A stretch of DNA of 62,871 bases, counting the filler, from Bipalium vagum (lineage: Eukaryota): the NCBI GenBank assembly GCA_037834085.1. It is 3 parts of 3 records of this genome, joined end to end, with 100 filler letters (N's around TTAATTAATTAA, not from the genome) between each part and the next. Parts side by side here need not be neighbours in the genome. Positions count along the whole stretch, not along the records: positions 40,152 to 62,871 come from JBBMKC010217355.1; 2 more parts are not named here. One strand, written 5' to 3'. A program made the position numbers and the translations under genes. This document shows positions 40,544 through 54,163 of the stretch, one piece after another. The notes beneath the pieces are model-generated. The model ran no database searches. It was given only the letters and a program-made list of their open reading frames with translations, and had not been told where the DNA came from. The first letter of the stretch is position 1. Every line of letters begins with the position of its first letter.

Positions 40544-41579
40544 TAACAAAATGAAAAAACAAAAAGAAACACAGATGCCTAGATTCTAGACATATTATAA
40601 CATTATTATCAATAATAGACGTACCTTACATTGAAATTAAAGCTCAAAAAATTGAATGATGATGACTGCCGAGCATATAGCAAATAATGCTTTAAATCAT
40701 CAATATAAATGGAAAAATCCTACTGGTCGTAAGAAGAAAAGATTCTGCGAACAAATAATACATCATGTTTCTTATGCATACATGCTATTGGTAAGATATC
40801 GATGTTATCGATTTACCTATACGAAAAATCTGTTTTAAATTGTTTATAATGTACACTTTGGTAAGATTTTTTTTCTTTTTTCCTCTTTCTTATTCGTTTT
40901 TTTTGTTTTTTTTTCATATGAATATTTAAAATTTATCGGATTATGTTTTACAAATAAATAATTCAATAATACAGAATGTGTATAAAGTGTCAGAATTTGA
41001 AGCTCAGCAAAATGCATATATCAAAATTAAATATATTCAATTTACACTTTTTTAAGAAATATATTTCCAAAATTAATTTGAGTGTTTAATTGTTTTTTAA
41101 TTAAGTCGATATTATCGATTTGAATTTCGGTAAATTCAAATTTTTATCAATTTTTCCATTATAGAAAGAGTAAAAAATTTTTTACTGATATCTAAGATGG
41201 AAATGCATGGAAATGTTATGAATCACTTTTATAATTACTCTAATAAGTGCGTTAAAGTTAATGATCATGTCTTAGAAAAATTTTAATAAATAAATGTTAC
41301 TGTCAAAAATTTTCAGTCTTATGTGGAATGCATTTTACGGTATTACATTTTAAAATCGGGTATTTACTTCATACCATGTATAATAATAAATATTAAATTC
41401 TTAAGAAAACTTTCGACTGATTTGAGTAAACTTCTGTTTAGTCAAGAAAATGAAATGATTTCTATGGCCATTCTTAACGTTTGTATTTAGACATTTCGTC
41501 TACTTCTAAATTAAATAAATGAAAGTTAAAAAGTTTGGAAAAGAAATGTCAATTACAAATATATAAGCAAACTAAAACT

Positions 41580-42420
41580 CCTATGTGCGCACTCATTTAA
41601 TAAAATAAGAAACTTAACAGAAAAAAATTTCATAGATGATCTTTGCTTATCCTTATATTCAACATGTTTATTTATATTTTTTAAAAAGTATTAGACTATG
41701 TCGTATGACAGAACTTCTATTTCAGCTATTGTAAGAAAGCTTTAATGGATGGGCCGAAATTAGCTATGATGTCATGTAACAGAATATCTTATCTTCGTAC
41801 TTTACATTTTCATTCTTTGTTTTTCTCAATTTCATTTCTCAGCTTCATTGGTTGATTACTTTGTCCTGCCGCCGTTAAAGTTTCGTTCCATTTTTAAAGT
41901 TAGAAATGAAAATTTTCTTTCAAGTCCCCACAGTCACAAGAGAACGGTCTACTCAAGAGTGAATATGCTCTGGAGTCTGAAAATAAATCTATTCTTCATT
42001 GTCACACAATGTTACACAGAAAATTTTTCCCTTACATTACTGATATACAAAAGTTGCAATACATAGTCAATGGTTTTTGTTTATGTTGATTAACTAATGT
42101 ATGACAATTCTGCAAAGTTTTTATAATTTTCCTCGTAGTTGTCATGGAGCTCTAAATAATTGATCTTACTTCTTCAAGATTGCAATTTTCTTCACAGTTC
42201 GACCCGTCTTCTCATTTAGGATCTGTTGAGATTTTTCACTGTTAAAACCCAAAGGTCATCCAATTCTTGGTTATGCAATCAACTTAAAATTAAGTAAAGC
42301 TTTTGAACCAATCCAAAAAATCCTAACTCTCACCGTCAATGCCACAGGTTTCACAACTTAATAATTTATCATCGACTGAGGATGACAACTCGGAATAAAA
42401 TGGAACAAACAAATGTCTGA
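41580..42420 (-). mobile_element. Highly decayed mariner
   Basis: Minus strand NLEEVRSII, TTRKI, ILLHD and IKAFLQ*LK*EVLSY. Confidence 0.45.
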
Positions 42421-43378
42421 CAATAATTTATTTATTTTTATTTAGAATTATCGCATTCGAAATGCTTTTAATTATTAATTTTTTATTAATTATTATTAAT
42501 TTTTCGTTTTAAGGTTTTCAGAGCTATAAAAAAAGCGATGATTTTCAAAAATTTCTACCAACAAATGTAAACCAAATTAATATTAATAATTATTATTATT
42601 CAGAATGACTGAAAAGATATCGTATTTAATTGTGGAGAAATCTGAGTATTAATTACCTACTGTGTTAAAAGAAAATGTCTGCGATAAACACCGCCAATGA
42701 AATTAATTATGTTTAAGAACCAAATAATGTGACATACTCAAACCCTACCAATTTGTTTTACAAGTTTCCGGCGGGTAGGGCATCCTTTGAAGCAAGAAGG
42801 TGATCTCCGGCAAGTATAAAAAAACTACATACAGTTTTCAGGGAAATAAAGAAAGATGGCCCGAGTTTAAAAAATATGTTTGGGCAGTGGATACTTCAGG
42901 AAATGTATCCACTATCTGCATAAGACTGAAGATGATAGCACTATCTCAATCTACATGGATCAACAACTTCAAATGTGACTTTTTCTGTTCTCAAGATTTA
43001 TGAACAAGAAATCTTTATCAATCCATATAAGAATCACAATTGCACAATAAAGGCAAGTGGTTTGAAGAAGTTTGAAGATCTAAAAAGGAAAGCGGATGAA
43101 AATGGCATGACTATTTTTATTATTAATTCGAATGAGATTCCTGTGACATTTGGCATGCCAATAAATTGAACAGAAGAAAAAATAGTACTAAAGTAGTATA
43201 AATTAGAATCCCTTGAGATGATCGGTCATTGTTAGCAATTGTCTTAGCGTACCAAGCTAGCGGGTAGAAGTTGGTGATGATCTTCAAAAGGAAGTCAAGG
43301 CTAAGATAATCCTTTTCCTCAGATATTGTGGTGAAGACCATTAGTAAAGAATGGAAGAACAGAGATATGACGGGGAGA

Positions 43379-44160
43379 TGACACTTTAAAAATTATCTTT
43401 TGAAGACGGCTAAAGGGTCAGAAATGAAATAATAAAAATTTTATTATTATACTTAAATAATAATTATAAAAGTACAAAAATTAATTATAAGGATATTAAT
43501 AATAAAATAATAAGTTTTTATTTCCAAAAAAGATCTAATCTTGGCAACGGCAAATGTCGAATTTCCAAGATTAGATCAGGGTCCGCAAGTAGGGAATTAA
43601 TTGCCTAAAACTGAAATTGGCATTTCCCATTAAGAATACTGACTGCTCTACGACTGACTAGCGGTCTGAACAGTATAGTATAAGAGGCACTGGAATCCTC
43701 AATAGATTGCCATAAAAAATTAGAGGTAGAAAATTTTTTTGAGTATTTTACCCGCATTTTTGGAAAGTCAGAAGCCGAAGCCCTTTATGGACAGAAGAAG
43801 CTTGTGAAATTCATTATTTCCATATTGGTTTTTATGCGGCAAGAGCCAACGATGGATCATATGCTGTTAGGGTGTTTATGAGCGTACCGGCTCGGGCTCA
43901 TCAAACAACCCTAGGACTCATTATCTTTTAACACGGTGAGAGGTTTTTTTCTTTTCTCTTGTTTTTCTTTTTAAATTAACATTAACTAATAACATTCGAT
44001 TTAACTTTTATTGATTATTGGATTTAATTTGAATGTTTTACTTTTCAGTATTGTTTTATTGATTCTGACTACCTGAGACATTTCACATTGTAGGTTGTGT
44101 GATTGTTACATACTTTTATGTAATCGTGTTAGAAGAATAAAGTTTTATTGTACTCTTTTG
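43379..44160 (+). mobile_element. LTR (copy 3, inverted relative to copies 1 and 2), preceded by PPT-like GGGGAGA
   Basis: Reverse-complement homology to 35150-35930 and 36040-36770 (aaagggtcagaaat; gatctaatcttggcaac...ccaagattagatcagggtc; tgctgttagggtgtttatgagc). ggggaga at 43372-43378 is followed by TG. Confidence 0.7.
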
Positions 44161-44750
44161 AATTTAATCTCTTATAGATTTTTAATTTAATTTATTAATC
44201 AGTCAACTCATTGCCATAACGCACCTTATTTAAGAAAATATTTTATAAAACTTTCATTTTGTACGATATATTAACCAATTCGTAAAATCTAACTTTAATC
44301 ACTGTTACCGTTACCCAACATATCCCTCGAAATTAAATAACATATAAGTAGAAACTTTTACTTATAATGATATCACAAGATTGTTTAAAAAGGCTTCACT
44401 AACTGTGTGATATTTTAGCATTTGACAATTAACTAAAATAAAAAATAATCAATACTCTTTATAATAATCGATCAAATAAATTATAATGATGTAAAATAGA
44501 ATAACAGATAAAAATAATAAATTTTTTTTTAAATCAATTTAAATTTATATTAACACTAAATTTTTCTTCAAACATGAAAAACTAATTTAAACAAATATTT
44601 ACCTCAAATATAAAAATTATTAATTATTATTTATTACAAAAAGTTTCTACAGAATTATAATGAATATTAAATTATCAGATATTAATTTTAAGTTACAAAT
44701 TAAAATCAGTTACATTTATTATTTTTTGAAAATATTTTTTTTGATAAACA

Positions 44751-44798
<48 letters not shown>
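44751..44798. repeat. (AAT)n microsatellite
   Basis: 16 perfect AAT units. Confidence 0.95.
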
Positions 44799-46579
44799 CT
44801 TAATAAATAAAAAATATTATTTATAACTATAAATATTTAACTTAATAGGATTAGTGTATCGACCATAACGATCTCTGGTATTAACTACTATAATAAGAGT
44901 TAGCTCAATTTATTAATGATTACCTCTCTAAAAATATTTATTTTAAAAATTCATTTAGAAAAAATTTTCTGAATATAATGCCTATTTTAATAAAAAATTA
45001 TTAAGAATTTTTTTAATTTTTTACAAAAGTATGTCTCGTGCTCAAACATTCGTGTTTTATTGGTAAATGATAAACCATTACAAAACAGTAACCGTCTATA
45101 CAACGCTTCTTCTCGAGAGAAAGAGAAGAATTAGGAGCATCCAGTCTTTTATATCTTGGTTAATTATTAATTAATAAATAAATTTCTCCTTTTAAAATGT
45201 TTAATGATTTGCATAATGTAATCATTTTCAATGTGTGCTAAAACACTTTCTATTCACATTAAGGTAAACCAAGCGATGGGTGAAATTATTATAATGAAGA
45301 AATATCCTTTATAATTTCCTCAGATTAGCGTAATGCTTAGTGAACAGATATGTTCTATGGAATAGGTTTTATACGTATTATACATTTTAATAAAATAAAA
45401 AAATTTAATAAAAAAAATAAATAAAAGTGGTGAATATCGTCTTTATATATTTATTGTGATTTGTTTAAATAATATAAAATAATTATCAAGATATGAATTA
45501 GTGTTTATCGATATGTAAATAAGATTTCTAGCATTTTTCAAAGAAAAATTTTCCTAAATAAGAATTCTAAAAATAAATTCCCATACTTTGTGGTTATTAG
45601 ATAATAACAAATTAGTTATAAATTATCAATAAACATAAACGAAAATTCGTTAAAAAGAGGAAACAAATTACTATTAATTAATATGAAGAAAGAAAAAAGA
45701 AGAGGAAAGAATATTGAACTCGATTATTCTGTAAAGATTACTGTGACATGATTTAACTCTACACTCTAAATCACATTTGTAACATGAATTAAAGAATGAC
45801 AGATTGTTGAACAATTTTATTATTTGATGATAATGATATGATTATTTTGTTCGTTATATTTATAAATACTGGTACGGACATTCTTTAGGTTTAATTTTAA
45901 AAAATTAGTAATTTTATAAACCATGGTAGAGTTAAATATGAATAAAATAAACAACTGAAAAATATGAAATATTTATCATTAATAAGTTTTTGAAACATGA
46001 ACTGTGACAAGTGTAAATATAATTAATATATTGAGATAATTTTACATGTGAATAAACTTCAATTATGTAGAAATAAATATTAAAAAATTATTAAAAATAA
46101 ATATAAAAATGTTGCGTTTCGTGTGTTGAGACTGGCAGTGGCAAAGAGTCCAACAGCCGAGCTGATCCGTGACCGTGAGACGTGTTTTTGTGTCTTGTGT
46201 TGGTGAGTGTGTGTGACGATTAATTGGAGGAGGATCATTTGATTGGATATTTGTGGGAAAATAAAAATTTTGCCTGTCTCTTTAAATATCGTATTTTTTA
46301 TATCGTATACGATATATATATAAGTATATAATTATATATTCAATATTGTCTGATTTGGTCGAACGTTTACCAATCATTCATTGGTGAAAGAAAAACTACA
46401 AGATTATGCTTACTTGACAGTAGATATTATCGATCGCAACAACAAATCATCGCCGTTGTTCTGGCAATTAAGGAATCTATTGATAAATTTATTGAAAAAT
46501 TTATGTTTTCTTATAATGTTTTTATTATAATTGGATTCTTTTTTATATTTTATTTTATCATAACGATAATATTATATAT

Positions 46580-47815
46580 GAAGTGTCAAAATAAATTCTT
46601 GCCGATTTTTTAAAAAAGTCAAAGTCAACATTTTTAATTTTAGATATATTTATTAATCAAAAAATCCATGACATTGTCCCAACAGTCTTGCAAATTGATA
46701 ATACCATTTTCATAAAAATCTTTTTCCTTATTGAGGAAGAAATTGGACACTTTAAAATTTAGACACCATTTTTAAATCCATTTCATTTGTGAACTTCTTT
46801 CCTCCCAAATGATTATCAAGATTAAGAAATAAGTGGAAATCTGTAGGTAAGAGATCAGGGGAATATGTGGATGGCACATGATCTCCCACCCAAGTATCAT
46901 TATTTTGTCAAAAGTTTTTCTTGCCACATGCAGCCGAGCATTGTCTTAAAGAAATAGAACCTTTTTTCTGTTCACTAATACCGGCTGTTTTTCTAACAGT
47001 TTTTTGTGACCTTTTTCTAATTGAGAACAATAGATTTCAGAGGTTATTGTTTCTTTCGGTTTTAGGAACTCTTGATGAATAAATTCTTCCTAAGTCCACC
47101 AAACGCACAGCAAAAGTTTTTTCTGAAATAGTCCACCTTTGGAACCTGTGGAAAGGCATCCGTAATAGATAACCAATGATGTGTTCTCTTTTGTTTAAAT
47201 ACATAACCCACTTTTCATCGCATGTCAGTATTCTACTGAAAAAAAGCTTTACCTTTAAAGCATATTGTCAGTCTCTGAAATCTATTCTCTCGTGTTTTGT
47301 CATGTGGAACCCATTTCCTTAATTTCAATCTCTTTCCAATCTGATGCACATGCAATCTGGTTGTTTCTTCGATGACATTAAATATTAAACCAAGTTCCTT
47401 ACATGTTTGACTTGAATCAGACTCTATTGACTTTCTCAAATCATCACTGTTCATGTGAATGGGCGTCCCAGATCTAGGTGCATCTTCCAGATTTTCATCA
47501 CCGGAACTGAACTTTTCAAACCAATAACAAGCAGTTCTACCTTTTATTGCACCTTCTCCAAATGCCGCACAAATTTTTCAACTAGCTTGTGACCTAAGTT
47601 TATACTCATAAAGTAAGTAGGAAGGAATGATTGTATTTCTGTTCGCCATTTTGACTGCTGAAAAACTTTAAATATGACTTATTGATATTTGCAAATTAAA
47701 TTACATGCTTGATTGAAGTTAATCTAATAAAAAAATTGATTTTCTGAGTAATAATAATAAAATATTTCATGAAATGTCAATTTAATAAAATTTTCAAGAA
47801 CTTATTTGGGCTTAT
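46580..47815 (-). mobile_element. Full-length defective mariner
   Basis: MANRNTIIPSYLLYEYK, WFEKFSSGDENLEDAPRSG, KWVPHD, LTCDEKW, DNARLH and HPHIPLISYLQ frameshifted from PxYSPDLxPTDFHLF. Degenerate TIRs caaaataaattcttg / caagaacttatttg. Confidence 0.88.
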
Positions 47816-48140
47816 TTATTATATATATATTTAAATTTATTATATATATATTATTATTTTGTGTTAATATGATAACATTAATATTATAACAGATGGAAAA
47901 ATTGTAAATGGTATAATAAAAAATAAATATTTATTTTCAGTGATGATTTTTAAGAAACCTTATCATTTAATTATTTAGCTTGGGCGAACAATCTTCGACC
48001 GAGCTGAATAATTAACGCTCCCGGATTTACATTACCCTAATGGAAAGGGGAAGCGAATGGGCCATGCAAAGATGAAGAGCTTGTGGGCTTAGCATTAAGA
48101 ACTGCCACAAAGTCATATTTTTTATAGTAATAAAATAATA

Positions 48141-48208
48141 CAGTAAAACCTGTCAATGTTTAGCTGCACTGGGACCGAAAATTTTGTCAAAATTAACAGG
48201 TTTTACTG
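48141..48208. mobile_element. 68-bp pogo/Tigger-type MITE
   Basis: TIR cagtaaaacctgtcaat / attaacaggttttactg (16 of 17 match), TA on both sides. Confidence 0.75.
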
Positions 48209-48630
48209 TAACACATTTGTATAGAAATTCGTTTGACAATAATTTTTTTTTTGAAAATCGTTCAAGTTTGACTGTTTTTCATTCCACTTCAAACCTATAT
48301 ATTCAAATAAATCATCAAACCATGGGATTTTCAAAAATTAATTTAGGATTTTATTGACATAATTAAAAATTGTAATAATTAATTTTAAATCTTATTTTTA
48401 TTATTTTATATATTTTTATTTAATTGTTTTAAAATTATGCTCATTGTTATTTATGAAACTCTTGTTGTAAATTAAAATTTTATCGAAAGACTAAATCATC
48501 ATTTTTCATACCGAATAAGTAAAACATAGATTATTATTATCAAAACAAGAGCCCAATCAATAAAATACAAAGTTAAGTGAACAAAAATAGAATTGTCTCA
48601 ACATAATCATATTTTATTCACAAAAAACAA

Positions 48631-51600
48631 TCATATTTCATTGGCCAACTCAGCAATCTGGGGGTTGTCTGAAAAACGAAACAGAAATAATCATCAAAAC
48701 ATTAAGTCTGTGTCAAAATCTAAAATCTTACCGTGTAATTTGCAGTCCTCAAAGAAGCTGACAACGTTGTCTTTGATACAGGACTCAAACACGTCTCCGA
48801 GGCAGTTTTTCAGCTCCATGAACGTTTTTAGTACGATCAGCAAGACAGTGGAACTGAGCTCTGAATAGTGTTTACAGAGGGCCATCGTCATAGGGGTCAG
48901 CAGCGCCTGGTCGTTGGATGAGTTTCCGGCCAATTGAATAATCAATGGAATAATGTACTGCTCCGCCACGATCCTGTACTGGTCTTTGTCAAGATAATTA
49001 TCGATCGTCAGCATGACCTGACAGGCGTGAACAATGAGATTTATCGTGTCGTCCGATATTGACAAATTCATTCCCAACTTATTCTCCGCTCTCAACAAAG
49101 ACGTAACAGCACTGCAAATCGATTTTATCAGCTCTGCGCACTGCTTCGGACACTCTGTCGTCAATTGATCAGTGGAAAACGGACAAATCAGCTGCGACCT
49201 GACTTTCCTGCGCTTCCGGTCTCTGGTTTTATCGCCGATCTCCACTGATAAGAGCTTCAACAGTCCACTGGCCCGAGACACACACTCAGAAGTGTTTATC
49301 AACTCAACCGTCTTTTCGACAGTCTTCTCTGCCGTCGAGCTCGAAACTAAATGGGCGATAGTTCGGAACACGACCGAATTCCTATCAAGATATGTGAATG
49401 GTGACAAGTCGGACTTTGTGGACCACAAAAACAGCTTTTTCATGATATCTTCATCGAATTCGAACAACTTGCACATCTGTACCAGAGTCTTCATCGATAT
49501 CTCCAGGACATTTTCAACCCGAGCATCGGTCAGAGTTTCCGACAGTGAGATTGATTGGTAAAAAAGATTCCACAGAGCAGTTTCTCTCTGGTTGTCGTCA
49601 GAATGCAATTTCATATCGGTTTTGCTCAGGAATCCCAAATGACAACATAACAGACTCATTGCACCGGAAATGAATGCAAAGTTATTTTGTTCTATCCCCC
49701 GTCTCATGAAACCGGCACAGGCGTCAAGTAGAGATCGTGTTTCGGTCGTTCGGGACAATTTCATCCTGATCTGTCTCTTGTACTCCCAGGACTGCTTGGA
49801 CAATTTGCGAGGCACAAAATCGATTGTCACCAATTCAAATATCTTGTCCAAAAGAGTCGTAAAACGATCCCACCCGATCGACTCAAAATCGACTCTAGAA
49901 ATGATGGCGAACGCCAAGGACAGTGACGATTCGATCTCGTCATTTTGGAGTTGACCTTTAGAGATTCCCCTGGTCATTATTGATAAGGAGTGGTTGAAGA
50001 TAGCACCGAGCTCGTCAGATTTATCATTTGCTACAATATAATGCTTGAAAAACCAGTTGACGATAACAATTTTCTCCGAATCAGTTTCAGCGAAATCTGC
50101 TTTCAGCAGGTATTCACAGACTCGGTTACAGACTTTTTTCGATTCCTCATCGACACTGAGTCCTAGTGCAATCATGTTGGACAGACACAACAATGACGAG
50201 TTCCAATTGCTTCCATTGAGCTTGTTGATGACAATTTCTGACGCCACCGGAAACAAAGATCGTGCCATCTCATCAATTTCTCCATCGTGACCAATGTTAC
50301 CCTTAGAAACAGCCATTTCGGACAACTTATTGGCTAATAATTCGATACATTTCGATCTTACGGTATCATCGGTGTCTTGGCACATCAGATCGACCAACAT
50401 GGATAGATATGACCCGCGGTTCAACGAAGATCCGATCACTTCGGCAATGTGTCGAAGAGATTGACAAAAATCGTTCCGTCTCGAAACGTCAGCAATGCTG
50501 GACCGACTGATCGATTTCAGTGCAACAAAAATGTCTCCGATAAAGTCTTTGACTATTTCTGACGAGGCCGTAATGAAATTATGAGAATTCTCTTTCAAAT
50601 GAATGGTACAATATTTTATCATGGTCAGTAACAGATGGACATTATCGATGGGTTTTGGAATATTGACAAGATTCTCTTTGATCGACATAAACAGTCGGTC
50701 TTGAATATCAAGCGCCGTGACGGATTTCTTTTCAGGATCGAAACAAGTAACCCCCCCTTTCCTCTTTTTATTGATCGGAGAATCAGAAAAGTCGTTTCGA
50801 TCAAGCTTTCTCTTTCTGTTGTTCGGTTCATGAACCGTCTGTGATAAGAACAAAATAATCTTCTTCCACGAGAAAATCTGTTCGTCCACGGAAAATTTCA
50901 TTAGTAATGGGATCAATAGGCTCTCGTTTTGACCCGTGTGAACGACAGCCATGAAAATCAACGTTATCCAGAGAGAATTGGATTCCAGCTTCGTGTCGTC
51001 GGACAGACTCCTGACGACTGACTCGATTAACAACAGCGCTCGGTGTTTGGGCAAGCTGGCGCAATCGTTGACGAATTGTTGAATAATTTGAACCTTGTCT
51101 AGAGAGTTTTGCTGTTTCTGTTTGATACAGAGAGGCAACGTTTCCTTTATTATTGAATTGACAATATTGAGCGAGCTTTCATCCTCTCGTGCCAACAAAT
51201 GAGATCCGATCCACGACAGAAAGTGAATCAAGTTGAATTCGTCCAGTCCCAATTTGACAATCATTTGAATAACAGAGATATTGATTTCGTTCAGAGAAGG
51301 GCTTTTGAACAGATACAAGCATTTGGAAAATACTTCCATCCGAACCTTGCTGGACACCGATTCCAGATTGACGGAATTCGGCGGTGAATTGATAACAGCT
51401 GATAAGATGGCCGATATAGTCAGCATTATATTTTTCACCAAATCGATAATATTGACATCGGTACTCAGGCAACTGTCCCCATCACCGTCCTTGTTTATTT
51501 TATCTCGCGACAAATGGGAGACAATTCTATAAAAGAAAAGATGTAATGAATAAATTTCAAACGATTTGAGAAAATAAACGTACCTTGACAAAATCGATAC

Positions 51601-53658
51601 AATTGGATTTATCAAAACAACTTGTTCCTCAACAGAGATTCTGCTTTGTCGACAAAATGCCGATAGAACTACATTCATTTTATCGATCACAGGCTCGGAG
51701 TAAAATGTGGCTGTTAGACAAGGTTCGTTTTTGAATTTCTTTATCGATTTCCGTTTTGATCCGGTTTCCTTGCAATCTTCTTGACCGTCCTTGAGAAGAT
51801 ATTGAATATTATCTATGGATAATGGCAACAGTGACAAATAATCTGTGCAGCACGACAAATCGCTTGTGTCCCGACTCAGGTTTCCCACAATCTTATTGAG
51901 CAATTCTCGTTGGAATTTTAAGTCCAAATGTTTGAAACCTTCTTGTATTTGCTCCAGACTCTTCTTTAAATTGTCTCGATACAAACACCCGTGCTGGGAA
52001 ATTCTGTCCAAGAAAAGATTCCAAATATTTCTAAGTGATTCAGGCAAAATGGAAATATTGTTATTGTTGATCATTTTCAAAACGGTCACTGAAGCAGTAT
52101 CGTATTTTGTCAAGCGACTCAAGCTGTTCATTTCACTCAAAATCAGCTTGGAAATTTCTCCGTACATCAAATGGTTCAAGTCAAAGTCAGAGATCTCCTT
52201 CGAGAATTTTGCGAATTTGTCGTGACTGGGCCATTTTTCAGCAAACTTATTTATCAGTCGAACGACCAATTTCTTCTCGCTCCCATCTGGATTCATCAGT
52301 GCTAGGCAAAGGTGAGAAATCAGACCATCGGGCCTATAATCGATTTTCAGGTCATTGGGTTTCGATTTGAACATTCTCAGCACCTCCTGTCTCAATTTCG
52401 AATGATTGCATTGAAGATTCGCTTGTTTCTTCTCCCAGTCGATAACGTACTTGTCCAACAAACCAATCAATGATGTCTCCACATTTGCTCCAGCCCAATC
52501 GATTGTTTCAGAGTTTATTATTTCCTTTATCTTGTTATTTTTGACCTTGGGTTTATTGACAGTTTCCGGTTCGACGTTTAATTCGATTTTGTTTGTGCTG
52601 CATGTCGATTCATCTGCTACAACCGATGTTCTATCGATGATCACCTTCTCGATGTCATTTCTTTCATTCTCGCTCAATTTAGTCATTTTTTTCTGAAAAA
52701 GAGCTTCATTTTTTGGATTTAACTTGTGATTTTGCTGATGACAAATGTCCAGAATTGCTCTCATTGCCTCATGAAGTTTAATACATTTATTTTTCAATAC
52801 CTTTTTGAATGCATAATCCAATAGTTCGCCGTTGAGTGTAATGGACTGTGAAAAGCAGCTCAGTAATAAAAAAGCACCTGCATTGAGAATTCGGTGCTTG
52901 GTACTTAAAGAATCGACAATCACTCGGATAAAGGGACCAATATACTTTTCAATCTTATCAGCAGAGAGAAGCTTTACTTTTTCTCTAATTTGACCGCCCA
53001 AACTAATAAAAACCTGAAAAATTTCTTTTCCAACAGATTCATCGTTATCTTCGGATTCACCAATAACTTTCAAAGGCCAGCTACAAATCATTTCTAACAC
53101 GTGAGGGTTTTTCATACATAAACCGCTTAAATTGAGCATTGATATCGGTCTACCCTCAGAACTGATGTCTTTCAGCCAGGAAAACTGGTTTTCGGTTTTT
53201 GACTTTTGATTTAACAGTCGAATAAACTTGATAAATATTTTGTCATTGTGATATGGAAAGCAGAGGATTAAAATGTCTTCAGGTGAGTGGATATGAAACT
53301 CATACTTGTATATTATCCATTCAAGTGCAATTATTGCAAATTCCGTTTCTAAATATGGTGTCACCATATATAAAAATTTTCGAATATCTTTTTTAATTTT
53401 GTCAAATTCATCAGGTTGTAATAAATGTGGTACCAAATCTATTGTGTTTTCCTTGTACAATTTCTCAAATTGTTTGAAACGTTCATCAAATTTACATAGT
53501 TTCTTAAAACCCTTTTTACAATTTTCAAATGCTTCAGCTCTACCAATAGAACAACCATCCTCGTATAATAGGGTCTTTTTATTTTTATTGTTTACATCAA
53601 ATAAATTAACAACGGTGTCTTTATCTCTTAATTTTCGTAATTGTTCGACAAATGACAT
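48631..53658 (-). CDS. HEATR1: HEAT repeat-containing protein 1 / U3 snoRNP protein UTP10; predicted exons 53658-51584, 51526-48732, 48668-48631
   Basis: N-terminus MSFVEQLRKL...FLYMVTPY...ALEWIIYKYEFH...CFPYHNDKIFIKFIRLL matches the UTP10/HEATR1 N-terminal domain; LPKHRALLL motif. GT-AG introns at 51583-51527 (57 nt) and 48731-48669 (63 nt). AATAAA just after the TGA at 48631. Confidence 0.9.
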
Positions 53659-54163
53659 AGCTAAATTAAATTATTATTAATATTATACAACGTGGAATTT
53701 TAAATATTTTACTTTAATCGCAATTTATAACTTGAATGTGTAATTTTTAATTCTTAATATTTAAACAAATATGTAACATAAATGTTTTTTAAAATTTTTT
53801 TAAAATAAGAGAATTGATTTTGCGAGTAAAGTTTTGATAAAGTATCGTTCATTCATTTGTTTTATCGATTCATTATTAACATTCCTTTTTTATAATCTGC
53901 ATAAATGTCTTAAAAATTTTTAGAATAATAATAATAATAATAATAACAATATTTAATTTACAATTTTATAGGATTTTTCAAGAACGATTTAACATAAAAT
54001 TTTAAAGGAATCACTAGTAGAATTAATAATTTTTTTATAAGTAGTATTAAATTTTATTCACAAAGGTATTAATAAAGAATCATTAAATATTTTTCAGAAA
54101 TTCCTTTGGTCATTTATTTTGATATACTCCACATTTCTCCGGCGGTTGCAGGACTTTTTTCCT

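Noticed and set aside
40272-40572. ORFs made of X residues
   Set aside because: Artefacts of the N gap.
48593-53680. Numerous short ORFs overlapping HEATR1 (also those over cytospin and the ABCG gene)
   Set aside because: Antisense or alternative-frame shadows of real coding sequence.
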